The notes under the pieces: model-generated
The model's database searches: none
The model's input: only the letters and a program-made list of their open reading frames with translations
What the model was told of the DNA's origin: nothing
Source of the DNA: Catajapyx aquilonaris
Lineage: Eukaryota
Length of the DNA: 64,000 nt
Direction of reading: 5' to 3'
NCBI GenBank assembly: GCA_000934665.2
Contig: KZ538176.1
Span: 62,001-126,000, forward strand
Shown: piece by piece, positions 27,053 through 41,100 of the stretch
How the letters are laid out: each line of letters begins with the position of its first letter
How positions within the stretch are numbered: the stretch's first letter is position 1
Translations under genes and position numbers: made by a program

Positions 27053-30042
27053 ATTGCATGACGTATATCACCGGGGGGTTGTGTGCTTGTACTGTGTGCA
27101 GAGCGTATATGCCGGGTAAAAAAATTGAGCCACCCACACCGAATGTATGCAGGGTGTTCCTACTGTATATATAGCAAGGTCATCAAAAAGTACTATTACA
27201 GGCTTTATAGCAGAAGCTTCAGAGCTTATGGTGCCATGATTTATTGACAGCCCATTGGGCAAGATGAGACAATTTTTTGGAGTTACACTGGTAAATGCTT
27301 GTCAATTAATCGGCTTACTTTTCAGGAAATGTCAAATACAATCAGCTTATATTTTTTTCCCCCATCTACAACCCAGTCCAACTGGTGCCAACGTCACCTG
27401 TGTACAAAATGCTGGGGTTTAAAAAGTTATGCAACTAGCTTTTGTGTACCACAAGCGGCTGTTTCAAATGGATGCGTAAAATCTAGCGTTCCCTGGTAAG
27501 TTTTTAATAAATTATTTTGCCATTATGACTATTTATTAATAAAACTATAATCTTGGCAACAACAATGTATCTCCAATACTACCGCGCACATTTACACGGA
27601 ATGTCTCCACCAGATGCGCACTTCTGCTATGCGTTTGCCCTATCCCTTATATTGCATTTTTTTTATGACCAGCACTAACAAATAAAAACCGCTGGGTATC
27701 CCATTCCACTGTGCTTATATCCGTGAGACAGACCTCAGTAATTGCAAAATAGGCCTATGCCTTCCCAAGTCATCCGCCAATCGCAACCACCAGCATTCTA
27801 ATCTATCCTATAAACCGCTACAGGCGTCAACAATTTGCATAATCCGGCCTTAATCCGTTCAAAAATACACAGCTCTAGCAGCTTCTGATGAGCAAAAACC
27901 CCTTACTGTCCTATTAAAGGCGCCAAAATCGTTCCAAAAATGCCCCTCTTCAAAATTTAAATTTATTAATATTAAATGTAATATTTAAATCAGCTAGTCT
28001 AGACTCGGTTCAGCTTTTTATCCTAACTATTCGGGACAACCCGCTCACTTCTCCTGCTCAACGGGACAGCCAGACGTCCAGGATACACCCATGTCCATAC
28101 TGCTTCAAAATGAACATATAGAGACAAAAGTGCCACGTTCCAATGCCTTTCAGACCACGTCACACGCATGTGCAGCAAATCTATATGATAAACAGTCTGA
28201 ATAGCACTCAGCAGATCCCGTCGCGTGGAGTTATTAAATTATGGCGACAGTAAGACCAACATAAGTATACGTATATGACCCACCTCGAGAGCTGTGATCC
28301 TCGAATTTACTGTAGAACTGCGGTCCTTGGCAACACGCGACAAACTGACAGACTGAATGCTACGTGTACAGAACCTTTTGCGGAAAATTGCACATGACGT
28401 AATCAGTGGAAAAGGCTTTGTGTGCAAATACTATAGAGCATGGAACTGTTTAGCAGTGATAAAAATATGCAGAAGGATTGTGCGACATATCCCATAATGT
28501 AATTCAGCCACAATGACTTTGCGACGGTTTAGAACAGCTGATTATGCCTAATTCATCAATAGTACTAGTGTCTCAGTATTGCAGTAATGTTATACTCGGC
28601 TCATCGCCAAAACTCAATTTTTTCATACTATATTATGTACGCGGTCTCACACGTTACATACAACTGGTTTTAAAGCCAGCGATACTATACACTTCCCACG
28701 ATAATAAATCATGTTCAGAAGGCGGTCGTAACGGAATCAGGTAGCGCTGCGTCAATTAAACAATTAATTAACCCAATTTTTATCCCGTTTCACCCCACTT
28801 TTTCAGGAATTCCTTCGTTACCAACACGAATTATATTTTACCCACCAACGGGAATATTACTGGAAAAGTTGTCAGTTTGATGTGTACCACATCAGCAACT
28901 TATAGGTTGTCATCTGTACCTTAAGCAGGTCCCAATCTTTCATTAAAAAAATTCACATCCAGCAGTAATAGAACATTACAAAGCGCACCATTATGTTCAA
29001 TGAGAGGTAAGCAAATCGTCCAGGCTTTTCAGCCAACCCAAATTCCCCTCACAGAATTGAAAAGCTCCGACCATGCAAAACATACCCTGATTGTAAACAC
29101 TCCTGAACCAGTCCAGCAGTCGCCATACACATCCCGGAATAAACGCATCTCTCGAAACGGCCCCCTTTCCTTCCTGTACATATCTACGTGATCTTCATAG
29201 TTGAAGATCAGCTTCCTTCAGACATTCATGAGGCCCTCTCGTCATTTGCATGCAGTAGACGAGGTAAACATCCTGGGAGGGTTGCTGGAAGGGCGAGCTT
29301 TTCCTTCTCGTACACCAACTCCAAGTCTGATCAAAATGGTGAGGAGGACCTCCAAATCTTCCCCTGGAGATTCCAGGTCCACCAGCCTAGGGGGACATTC
29401 CGACGCCCACGACGTCAATTCCCCTTCATTTAGCCCCAAGTTACGGTGACCCCGGATAAAAAACCCCGTGGAAAAAAAACGAGATATCCGGATTGCTCTC
29501 CCACCCCTCCATTACGGTTCACCAAACGAAGGGGCTTTTCGATGTATTTATACTGCCGGAGGGGGACTGGTTCCGTGCGAAGTTGGAAACCACGTTTTAG
29601 TCACGTCATCAGTGGTGTACGACGTGCTTCCAGCCTGTTCTTCGCACCTCATTATTAACTAGGAACGGCAGTTTCGGGTAATTTTGCATGCCGCTACACC
29701 GGACCGCCTGGAAAGAAAGTTCGGAATGGTATCGGCAGAAAGTTTCCCAAAACCGTATTCACCCACAGCTCTCCTTCTGAACACGTCCGGGACCTTAGGA
29801 TATTCAGACGGAACTGAATTCTTGCTTTGTGCCATACCGTGGAAGTGACGTGAATGAAATCTCACTACGCCGCATACTTAGACCATGACCTAAATGTATA
29901 GGAATCTATCCCCCCCCCCCCCCCCNAAGGGAAAGAGTTGATGGCCTAACCACTTCTGGGCGATGAGTGACTAATCTATCAACTCTCCCCAGCAGTCCGG
30001 CCTGTTTCGGCCGTCAATATTACTTAGCAAATAGTAGCTATA

Positions 30043-30662
30043 GTAGGCATCAGAACATTATGAACTTCAAAAAGAATTGTAGAGCTGTAAATTGCAACAC
30101 TACAAGGGTTTGGGCTCGTCATGGTAGGGGGGGGGGGGGTCAGATAAGTGAGACCCTTCCTAATCTACCCTCCTCGGGCTTATATCAGGTGGGGAAGTGG
30201 ACCTTTTAAAATAATCCGATAACTTTTTTAAGGACGCACCTTTTTGCATTTTCGACAGCAAATATGAATTCTAAGGTGTCGGAAACCTATATTTTCATAC
30301 TCGTTTCGTACCAGGCATGTCACAAACAGGCCCACGGAAACCCATGTGTATATTTAAAAAACTTGATGAAGTTATCATGCTAGATCTACTTTTGACATGT
30401 CTGGTATGAATCGGGTATGAAAATATACGTTTTCGACACCTTAGAATTCATATTTGCTATCAAAAATGCAAAAGGGCAGGTCTTTAAAAAAGTTATCGGA
30501 TTAGTTTAGAAGGTCCACTACCCCATCTGCTATAAGCCCAAGGAGGGTAGATTAGGAAGGGTCTCACTAATCTGACCCCCTCCTATCATGACCAGCCCAA
30601 ACCCTTGCACTGTTGCAATTTACAGCTCTACATTTTTTAGTTCATCATGTTCTGATTACTAC
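30043..30662. mobile_element. Foldback-type non-autonomous element with about 280-bp diverged inverted arms
   Basis: Left arm about 30043-30327 is the imperfect reverse complement of about 30387-30662 (e.g. gtgagacccttcctaatctaccctcct / aggagggtagattaggaagggtctcac). No clear TSD. Confidence 0.8.
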
Positions 30663-30688
30663 ATTACAATAATAGCATAGCACGCGTA

Positions 30689-31343
30689 CAGTACTGGACA
30701 TTAATTCTGTCATACTGCTAGCGACATTTTCCGATGCGGCAGACGTGCAAATCAAAGTGATAGAGTGCGAGCCATGCGAGTAAGAAATGGCAGCCCTTGG
30801 GTGACGTCACTGGTTGGGACCTTAGACCATATATACCAGTAGACGCTCCCCTCCCGTTTACGAGCAAGCCCAGAAGTGAAGCCCCCCACTCTGAGGGGGG
30901 ATCACGTGACTTAGGGCAAGAGGGAGGCGGGAAGGCGAAATTAACATGGCGCCTTATGGGGATTCCGACTATCTTTGCGCCGTCACTGTCAGGCGCCTAT
31001 TGGGACTAAAAATATGCAATGGGTACCAAATGATAGCTCCACTCATGCCCCGTCTCATGCCGTACATCTCCATCCGAGAGGTTGGCCGGGGAAGGACATA
31101 AAAAATCCTACACTTTGTCATTGTTTCTCGCCGGAAGTGCAGTTTGTGTCACTACATCACTCAAACAACCACATTGAAATGTTCCAAATTTTAATATGTT
31201 GTACAGACAATCTTCCTCTGCATATTTCACCAACTCGGGGCCGATTATAGAGGTTGATTTAATTATTCGGAAATAAAAAAGTGATATCGGAACTTAGGGC
31301 AGCTTCAGTTAGGTACTGATTGATCAAAGTCTGTGCAAAACAT

Positions 31344-31421
<78 letters not shown>

Positions 31422-32156
31422 GGCACAATTATTATTATTACTGCTACTATTGCTATTATTATTATTATTATTATTAGTATTAGTATTATTATTATTAGTA
31501 TTATTACTATTATATGTTTTGCACAGACTTTGATCAATCAGTACCTAACTGAAGCTGCCCTAAGTTCCGATATCACTTTTTTTATTTCCGAATAATTAAA
31601 TCAACCTCTATAATCGGCCCCGAGTTGGTGAAATATGCAGAGGAAGATTGTCTGTACAACATATTAAAATTTGGAACATTTCAATGTGGTTGTTTGAGTG
31701 ATGTAGTGACACAAACTGCACTTCCGGCGAGAAACAATGACAAAGTGTAGGATTTTTTATGTCCTTCCCCGGCCAACCTCTCGGATGGAGATGTACGGCA
31801 TGAGACGGGGCATGAGTGGAGCTATCATTTGGTACCCATTGCATATTTTTAGTCCCAATAGGCGCCTGACAGTGACGGCGCAAAGATAGTCGGAATCCCC
31901 ATAAGGCGCCATGTTAATTTCGCCTTCCCGCCTCCCTCTTGCCCTAAGTCACGTGATCCCCCCCTCAGAACGGCAGGTTTCACTTTTGAGAGGGAGAGGG
32001 AGCGTCTACTGGTATATATGGTCTAAGGTTGGGACCTCCCAGCTGGTGACGTCACTCAAGGCCTACCTCTTCTTACTCGCATGGCTCACTTCCATTTGCA
32101 CTTCTGCCGCACAGAAAATGTCGCAAGCATTATGACACGATTAATTTCCAACACTG
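30689..32156. mobile_element. 1.47-kb foldback element with TA|CAGT...ACTG|TA ends (Tc1/mariner-like termini)
   Basis: Outer arms of about 200 bp are diverged. Inner arms 30890-31349 and 31508-31969 are identical apart from homopolymer lengths. The apex is (TAA)n-ggcaca-(TTA)n-like. TA lies at 30687-30688 and 32157-32158. Confidence 0.85.
31344..31514. repeat. (TAA)n / degenerate (TTA)n microsatellite pair in inverted orientation
   Basis: Nearly pure TAA run to about 31420, then interrupted TTA/CTA/GTA units from about 31428. Confidence 0.95.
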
Positions 32157-35100
32157 TACATATACCAGTCGTCATGACGGTCAAAGACACCGTACCAAAA
32201 AAAAAAAGCAGCAATTCACCACAGCCTTTGGACCACAACGAGAAGCCATCTCATCCCAAATGGCCAAATCCATCTGATGTAACGTGGCATAGGCTCGGTT
32301 ATGACCATGTGCCATACTTAATTCTTCCTTATTACCTCCATCCCAGCTTTCCTGCCTCCTTTTGATGGGCACCATATACCTTCGACTCTACCCACCCATA
32401 ACGCAATTTCGTTGTACCCTTGCAATAGCCCCCGCGTCTTTTTCCCCCATCCGGCTTCCCCTAACGAGCGCCACGCAGCAGCCGGCACACGACCCAAAAG
32501 AAGCCAGAAAAAAAACGCAAGAAAAGTAAGAAAAAAAACGCAAGCTCCAAGGAAAATGAAAAGAAAATAAGCCCACACGCCCACCAGTGTCCCCCCAAAA
32601 TCCAGTGGCATTTGTCAAGCTTATAAATTGGACCCGAGTGGACACCAATCGGCTCCTCCTGCTCCATTCCGCGGTCCAACTTGGCACGTGGGACTTGACC
32701 CCGAGGATTTACGAGCTCTTTGTGAATTGGGCACCCCCACCGAATGCGACCAGAAAGATTACTTCAGTGCACTGCAAACATGCCCACACGCCGCTACAAC
32801 CCAATTTGGGGCTTCTTTTGCGGTCGTCCAGGTTCATCCATCGTGCTTTTGACCTGGCTGCTGCGGGGGTCGACATTGGCTTTAAAGGTGTCTCGCCACT
32901 TCGGCCGAACCACTTTCGACCAAAAAACGATTTTCGCCCAAATAGTTCAGTCCAACGAAATATTCACAATATGTGCAACTTTTACTCGAAATTATTTTTC
33001 AATATAAAAATGGACGAAAATTTCGCTAAGTATTAATGTAACCATGGGTCTCAGAAAAGGGTGCAGTTCGACCTATAGGGTGAAAGTACAGTAGACAAGA
33101 AGTTCGGTCTCGGCCCCAGGAGCATGGGATTGCCACGGAAATGCTCGAGACCTACTAACCCGGGCGGACATTATTTCTGTCCGTCAATTAAGGTAAATAA
33201 CAGTCCCTGGCGTGTATACCGCTACCAAAGTAACGACCACTTTCAGGGCAACCCAATGCACCCCCGGGGGAAACTGACGTTGAAATATGAGATAATCCCA
33301 CGCTTCAGGCGACCGACACTTCCATACAGGAAGGTGCAAGGAGACACTTTACTGTATACGTGCGGTCACGTCATACACAATGTGCGGGTACCGTTTAGGT
33401 GCACAAAAGCTTGCACTTTTATAGATAGCTCGCTGTTCTCACACGGCGTCATATCCGGCAATACCAATGCAATGAAATTCAGTTACCTTGGGCCAATGTG
33501 TCCGAATGACTGCCCGGCGTCCAATTACAAATCTGTTGATTAATAATGAGCAAGGCGATGCGGTATGTAATGACATTCGCACTGCCAATGAAACAGTCAA
33601 GCGGGCTATGTAAATTTCGTCAATATTTACTCTCTCGACACGACATACACACGGAGGGATCTGTTTTCAAAAAGTACATGCTAAAATTAAATTTTTAAAA
33701 ATTCGCAGAACGGTGAATCATACCGTACTGTAAATAATTATTCGACGATTCAATGGCTTTGTATGATACCGGCTGCCATGATCGACGGTCATTCACCACT
33801 TTTTATCATTTGGCTGCACACGACACGTCCCCGGATCCGGAACAACCCCCAGTCCCCTGCACATTTTCAACAAAAAAAAAAAAAAAACTTGAAACTTTAT
33901 TCATTGTATCGATCTCACCGGATGATTGCTTTTTCGCAAACCTCCCCTGCAAGTCGCTCGCAAAAACGTCTCCTTTCCGTCAAAATAAATTGGTTTGTAC
34001 CCTGTATCCCTTGTGGTCTGACCAGAAGTTGTTACAGCTTCCTTTTATAGGTCTTCCTCCATCCCTAGGGCCAACTGGCTATGGGGGGTGAAAGGAAATT
34101 GAAGGAGACCCTCCCCCCCCCAAAAAAAAAAAACCAGGTGAGTAATTAAGTCAGGGTGTCCTCCAGGGTATGCTCGGCGGGCAAAAGAACCCCAGGGATG
34201 CCCCTCTTTACACACGCCAGCAGCATCGCATCGATGAAGAAAAAAAAAACACTCTTCCCGTGATTAGTTTCCGTGGTTTCGAGCCTGAAAAGCTCCCGTT
34301 CCACCTCATTACAGGACCAATGAATGGAAAACGAATTTTCACAGGGGAGGTGGCCCATCTCCCTCAGGTATATGGGTACTCCAAAAGGACTCAATCTGCA
34401 CCTTGACCCAGGTCGATTCAGTGTTAAATGTCCAGATTTTCCAACATGGAACACACCAGGGTTAGGTTATGGTGTACACGCATTAATGTTGCATTAAATT
34501 CATTTGTCACCAGACGTGTAGGGGGCGCCACATGCATAATCAGGATTTATCACCTAGCACGGCTGAATTTCATTTGCTGCTTGCAAACACTGCTGGCCAC
34601 AGTTATTTTAGTAGTGTTACAGCTGACACTAGACAACCCGAGTCGTCATTACCCTAAGCTGCTGTTGGAATTATGACGAAGGGGCTTTTGCGAGTTCGTC
34701 GTACCCAAACAGCGCTACCCTAGGGAGAGACCAGGATTTTGCTGCGACAGCATACTTTATGCAAAAGCCATGTACGGATGATTATGGCCCTAAAACGGGT
34801 GCAGCAGCCAGTAATCCAGGTGACTGCTGGCAAGCTGCGATAACCGCACAATGAAATTACTGAAAAATAATACGATTTTTTTCACTTATATATTACTGTC
34901 AAATCGTCTGAAAAATGTAAGTTCACTGCACTGCATGGATCCCAAACTTGTAGGCAATACGGAGCCGGCAAGAAAAATTGCCTCTTGTAATCGCAACCAT
35001 TTTGCTCCCGATGCCGCCATTTCCTCCAAAGTACACAAAAAAAAACACCCTTCCCTAGATATTTCAGCTGTCACGGGCTTCTCGCTAAGTGTCACTCGCC

Positions 35101-38100
35101 TTCCTTTCGGTTCCATCTGAATTTCAAGTGCTCCAGGCGAAAACTTGCCCATTGTTCGGCCTTACACTGTTTTGGAGCCCCATTTTCTCCGACTGCAATT
35201 GGATTTCGTTACGACGTTACTAGACAAAGTGCTGCTCCTATGCCAATGATACAAAAGGGGGGTTGGACTTTGGAGTACTATGTGAAGTCTCCCTCACTTT
35301 GTCAATCCGGAGGGCAAAGTGGGTTTCTGCCAATTTTCGGTATATAGGACATCCCTCCAGGCTAGCACCATGCAATTGGGAAGTACGGCAGTGCATGTAA
35401 TCAGACAGTACAAAGTCATTATGTTCGCTCATCTGCACCTGCAGAAAAGAACACGTCACTTGCACTCTGAAAGGATGGCGTGTTTTGTACAGGGGTACTA
35501 TAGAGGCCTATAACGTCCTCGCATGCAAGCATCCTATTTCTGAACTGCTGCTATCACGGCAGGACAAGTTTTTTTTTAAAGGGTTAAAACAAAGCGCTAA
35601 TGCACGCATTGTCTTTTACCCTGGGAGCCACTTCCTATACAATTCGCCTGCCATTAAAATTCAGCATTATCATTGTACTCTCGCTAGACCTATATACGTT
35701 AATTTACAATTGTTCAGCAGCACCGCATAAACACAACTATATAATACGCTGCATAAACTTTTGCCATATTTAAAAAGTGCATTACTTTGCACATGCAAAA
35801 AGCGATTCAAAATGGAGCGTCATTAAGGCAAATTAGGCTGACAATTTTGACAGTGGCTGTGACCTGCTTTTATAACATGCCCAGGAAATTTATTCCCCGA
35901 GATAACTTTCGGATATCCCATGCCCCTGCGTATAAATGCAGGCTACTATCAGTGCAAAAATGTCAAAAAAAAACAGTAGCGGAATGTAACTCATCCTGCC
36001 CTGGAAAACGGCACAAACCCATACTCTCATCTGCATACTTTAATCCGCTGACAGAAGAATGCACGAGCTTCGGAAATTCCTCGTTACACTACCAAGTCCG
36101 CTAGAGATTAACCGATTATGGCTGAAATTTTGCGACGAAAAAAATCATTTTACTGGGAATTATATTAAAAAGTCATCTGCTCTGTCTTCATTAGAGCAAG
36201 TGATGTTTCTCTTCGAATCAGATTATAAAAAACTGAGCATATGCATTCTCCATCCTCCGGCAGGGACATCCATTTTTCATTACCCTTCTGACAGTAATAA
36301 AATTTTCATATCTCCGTATAAAAAGAGAGCGACACAGGGTCAGTAGAAATATAAATGGAACGTGAAATGACTGCACCGTTCCACTTCCCTTATCGCCAGT
36401 TTTGCTTCATGTGCACCCCTAAACGGATATTACTACACGAGTATATCCCGGTACGTGTGAATGTATAAAATCCGGGAAAACCTGCTGAATACTAACGTTA
36501 AATATTAATATTCTCGTAATTTATCGTGTGAATAGCTAGGGATTCGCGTATAATTCGCACTTATAAACCTAGACACATTCCAAGGGGTCGCGTGCTCGTG
36601 ACATGCTTGAGCGAATTGCCGGATTTGGACCACTGTTCTCTGACAAGCTGCATGACAAATCTGTCTTGTTTCGCGGGTACAAATGGGGAAATATCCAAAG
36701 GTGCTGCATCAAGCAACTTGACAGGGACACCCTACCGGGACGCCTTTATTCTTGATGAGGAAGAGTTCAAAGCCGACATCGCCAATGTGCGGAAGCCATC
36801 AGGGGCAAACGTGTATACACTGTAATACACGCTCCGTGAAAATATATACAAAAACATGGTGTGAAAATAAACTAACAATATTAAAAATATATATACATTC
36901 GTGTCCATGTGAGCTTCCGGACCAATGTATCCCAAGGCTTTCCTGCCTGCATCGTGTGTCGGATCAAGTCACCACTGCAATACTCTCATGTTTCTTCCAT
37001 GTCCTGGTATACCATGTCACGTGATCAATAAATTTTGCTTTGAACAGTCCTGTTCCGTGAACCCTCCTTCATACAATTTTCAAGCGTCTCTAGACATTGA
37101 TGGAGGCACATAAATCTTCATTTCTGTTCAAAAAAAAACCCTCATGCAACATGACAACGTGTTCCGGGCTCACACCCCCATCCAGACACCTCTAGGCCAA
37201 TAGCAGGCTACCCAGTACAGCTCCCGGACATTAATCTGCCTCAGGGTAGTCGCCTTTGATTTGCAGCATGTCGATTCCTCCAGGACTCTGAGGGTAATGC
37301 TAAAGGACGTGCAACACATCCTCCTTTTCCACTGGCTGAATCAGCGATTCTGCTAGTCGCCCATAAATACACAACTAACCTATAGCAATCACTGCAATGG
37401 ATCAGCCTGATTGGAATGGCTGTTCCTTGTCTTCATTCCAACCCGTTTAATAATTTAATTGGTCGAAATGTTCCGCGCCCATTACGCCAACAAATGGTTA
37501 GGACGTCCTATACGTTCTTTATATTAAAATATTGCGTTAATTACAGTACACTCCTGACTCGCCCTTTTTGCGAGTGTACAGCACAATTAGTACATTGCGG
37601 TCCTCACATACAACTACGTCACAACTCAAAGAAAATAATGCTAGGTCCACCAACCCAGCGAAATTACCTCCAGCATGGTACGCTTCCGCTGCTCCGTCGG
37701 AACTGCACAATACGCCCATTGTCCTCATTTGAATACTGCTATAAAAATTATACGGCCTAACCCCCTCCTCCCTAACCGCCTACCCATTACATTTTTTATT
37801 TTATTTTTTTATTCCCCCATATCAGCGCCCTCTGTGCTCAAAAAAATGGGCAATTCCCTGACTCGCTTTGAGGTCCTGTTCCCCTCATTGCCCTCTCACA
37901 GAAACAAAAGTGAGCAGCGGATATAGAAGCACGTGGCTTCTAGTCACGTGTGTGTGTGCCTGGCTGGCATCTCGCGTGTCCGACGTGGGAGCCGTAAAGC
38001 CCATCCGAAATCTGGGCTTCTGCGCCGGCTGTTGTCACCTTTTATGGGTTCAGAAATCTTCCCCTGGGCACTTTCGACCAAACCCGAGTCGGCCCAGGGG

Positions 38101-41100
38101 AGCATAAAAACGGGGGCAGGCAATGAATACTAATAACTGGTTATGAAGATATGGCGAGACTAAGGTTCTTCTGTACAAAATGTGTAGGTGCAACTGCATT
38201 CAGTGTTTTACTGCAGTAATTCGAATCGGCTATCTATAATCTAATGTTTGCCTCCATCAATTCCAAAGAGTCGTTTTCATATGGCAGATTTCGCGAATTA
38301 TAACTGAAACATGTGCTACACTGGAAATGTGCCAGTATTCGTCGAATTACAATGCGAAATGAAAAAAAGCATTTACATCCGAAATTGTCATACTAAAATA
38401 GCATTTGTGTAGTCATTCGGGAACCAGCACATTTTTGCAACTCGCGTTGAGAAAGTTCCACTATCAAGTTGTGGTTCGACTATTGAAGCATTCACAACAG
38501 CATGTCCCTTGAGTAGTAGTTGGCAACTGAGGACAAAGGCTAATCTTTAGTGCAAAGAATCACGCAGCACTTTTCGCATTCGCCGATACTACTGTAATCA
38601 GGGCTTGTATACTGAAACGCTCCCAGGGCGACCCGGAATCAAATTAATAACAGACTATTATTTATTTTTGCCTGCTAACTTATACCACTAATAACCCAAT
38701 TAAAAGTAAAAATATCGCAACTGATATGGGAAACTCGCGAACGTATCTGGAATCTTCATTATAGCTACCCGCTGCTGTACAAAGGCATATCAATTACCAC
38801 GAAGAAACTGTATCCGCTGCAGCGGCAATCATGGAATACTAATGGCTGGTGCAAGATGATCCATCTAGGTCACCCAACGTTAATAATAAAATATTATTCC
38901 AAACATTAATTGCTGTCTTAAAAAGTCAATACAAATATACCTGGCATTCCATCCAGATACGATAGCGCTTCTCTACAACTTTGCTAACAAAGGCCGTAGG
39001 ATGTGGGATTTTTCTCCGGACTTCGTCTCATTATACCAAAGTTTCCAAGATGGCATCTTGAGCAAAATAATAACGACGCGACGTCACCCATCCACAACCT
39101 GAATGTTACTCACAGGAACAAGTTATGAAGGAAACGTGACATCATCTTTACTATGAAGCGTGCAAGTCAAGATCAAAGGTGCCCCCGCCACTTTCGTCAT
39201 ACATATTTGAAAAGTTAAATCAGCAATTATAGATAACGCAAAACTTATGAAAAATACCCAGCATAATTGCACGTAAATACAACTGTTTGGAAACCCAAGA
39301 TGGCCGCCCAATTCCAACCCGATCTAAGCGCCAACTATCGGCAGGACCGCACCACAAATTCCGGGTGGGGGTAACCCAGTGTCCAGCAAGTGTTCAACTT
39401 CCCTTGCAAATAAGCAAGATGAAGTGAACCAGTCTGGTGGAAAGGGACACCTTGTGAGGAATCCATTCTTGATGGGGACCCAACAGAAGAGACCATCAAA
39501 GGCCCTCCTCCGAGCTACATAACCCTGTGCAAATATTGACCTTAGAAGTTAATTCCCTCCCCCTCTCCCCCCCCCCTAAAACTCCACCAAGAAGAGGAGG
39601 AGGAACCGGAGAAACAGGCCCACCTATTAGAAGTTTGCGTGAGTGAAGAGCAACCCTCATTCCCCGCTGTCCAAATACTGGATTCGCCTTGTTCACCTAG
39701 TTTTCTCCGGGCTGGCTTTTCCGGGTCAAATCCGAAGCATAACAGTGCTCGACATTCGGAAGCTTTCTCTGGCCGGACAGGGCGTAGGCTCATCACATTT
39801 GACAAAAAAAAAAAATACCCATATCCAGGACAATCGTGCCAAGAAACGACAATTTCCGGGGGGGACGCTCATTTCCCATTCGGCCCAACATTTCCGGGCA
39901 TACCGACTCCTGATGTCCTAATGGAATCCATCTAACTGGTGCATTCATAATGGAATTCGCTGATAGTGTGGATACTTGCACTGTGGGCATTGTATGCGTC
40001 CACTGTGGACAGTTTTTGGTCCACATACGCCTGAATCCTAATCCAAGTCCCTGAAACTCGACATTTCGAGGAGTGAAATGTTCATGAGTACTCTGGAACA
40101 GACACACCTGGTTATACAATAGTAATTGGTTCATTATGAACTGAAATGACATGGGCTGGTGGAAAGTGAGCGGCTGCAACTGAGGTGCAATATTACAGTG
40201 TCCTTCCTACAGAGCAAGCTGCATACCGAGCTGCACCCTGTACAGCTATAAGTCCTTGCTCTTTATAAGGATAAATCGGTCAAGGGCACTTCCATATGGT
40301 CCCCAAGGCGTTATACCTCACCTGAGGTGACGTGGATGCGACTGTTTCTCAATGAAAGAAATGGGTGGGCGAATTAGGGCCGTACCTGTATATAACCCCG
40401 AATTTCCATCTTTCACTTCTAGCGTTTTGAATAATTCAGAAGGTTGGCCCGTGGGAGTGGGACAATGTTACAATATTGTCGAGTTTCTAGCGGTTGATAT
40501 AATGCTGGAATTGTGTGAAGGAACCTTCCAGTTCTGCACAATATCTCTTGAGCAGAACAGAAGTCATATAAAAACTATATAAAACATGATGACCAATTTC
40601 ACATTCCTCCGGTACCGCTACACTTTTGAAATCATATTATTAATGCTGAATCATCAAAACCGCGAATGTCCGCATTATAAAATTGCTAAAATGCAACAAT
40701 CTACAACCACATCTGCCTATTCACCTGATTATATTGTTGTATCACTTATCGTTTCGTTCCACCACCGCCTCCCAAGATGAGCGTCAAGGAAACCGTTATT
40801 TTCACCACTACACCCAACAGACAGAAAAAAAGGGTTAGCGTCTTGGAGGACATTGTCCCATTCCAATCTCGTAAGACTTGAAAGACCTTGGAAGGCAGCC
40901 GTAGCGGCACAACTTTCCTTGGGCCATAGCACAACTCTCAGACGCAATATTGCTTCCAGCTGGACCCTTACTTTCAATGGGAGAGGCAAAATTGAGGAAG
41001 GGAAGGAGGGGGAGGCATTCAGTATATGATCCTTATATCCTCCACACTTCAATGCTTCTTCCTACGTTTCGCAGTTTCTGAATAGTGAAAAGGTCCATTT

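Noticed and set aside
31259..31595. Poly-isoleucine ORFs on both strands, and duplicate 91-aa ORFs (30975-31250, 31608-31883)
   Set aside because: Translation by-products of the (TAA)n microsatellite and the perfect inverted repeat; no protein-family features.
34227..34241. GCATCGATGAAGAA, matching the conserved 5.8S rRNA motif
   Set aside because: Only 14 nt match, followed by an A-run; the flanks do not resemble 5.8S.
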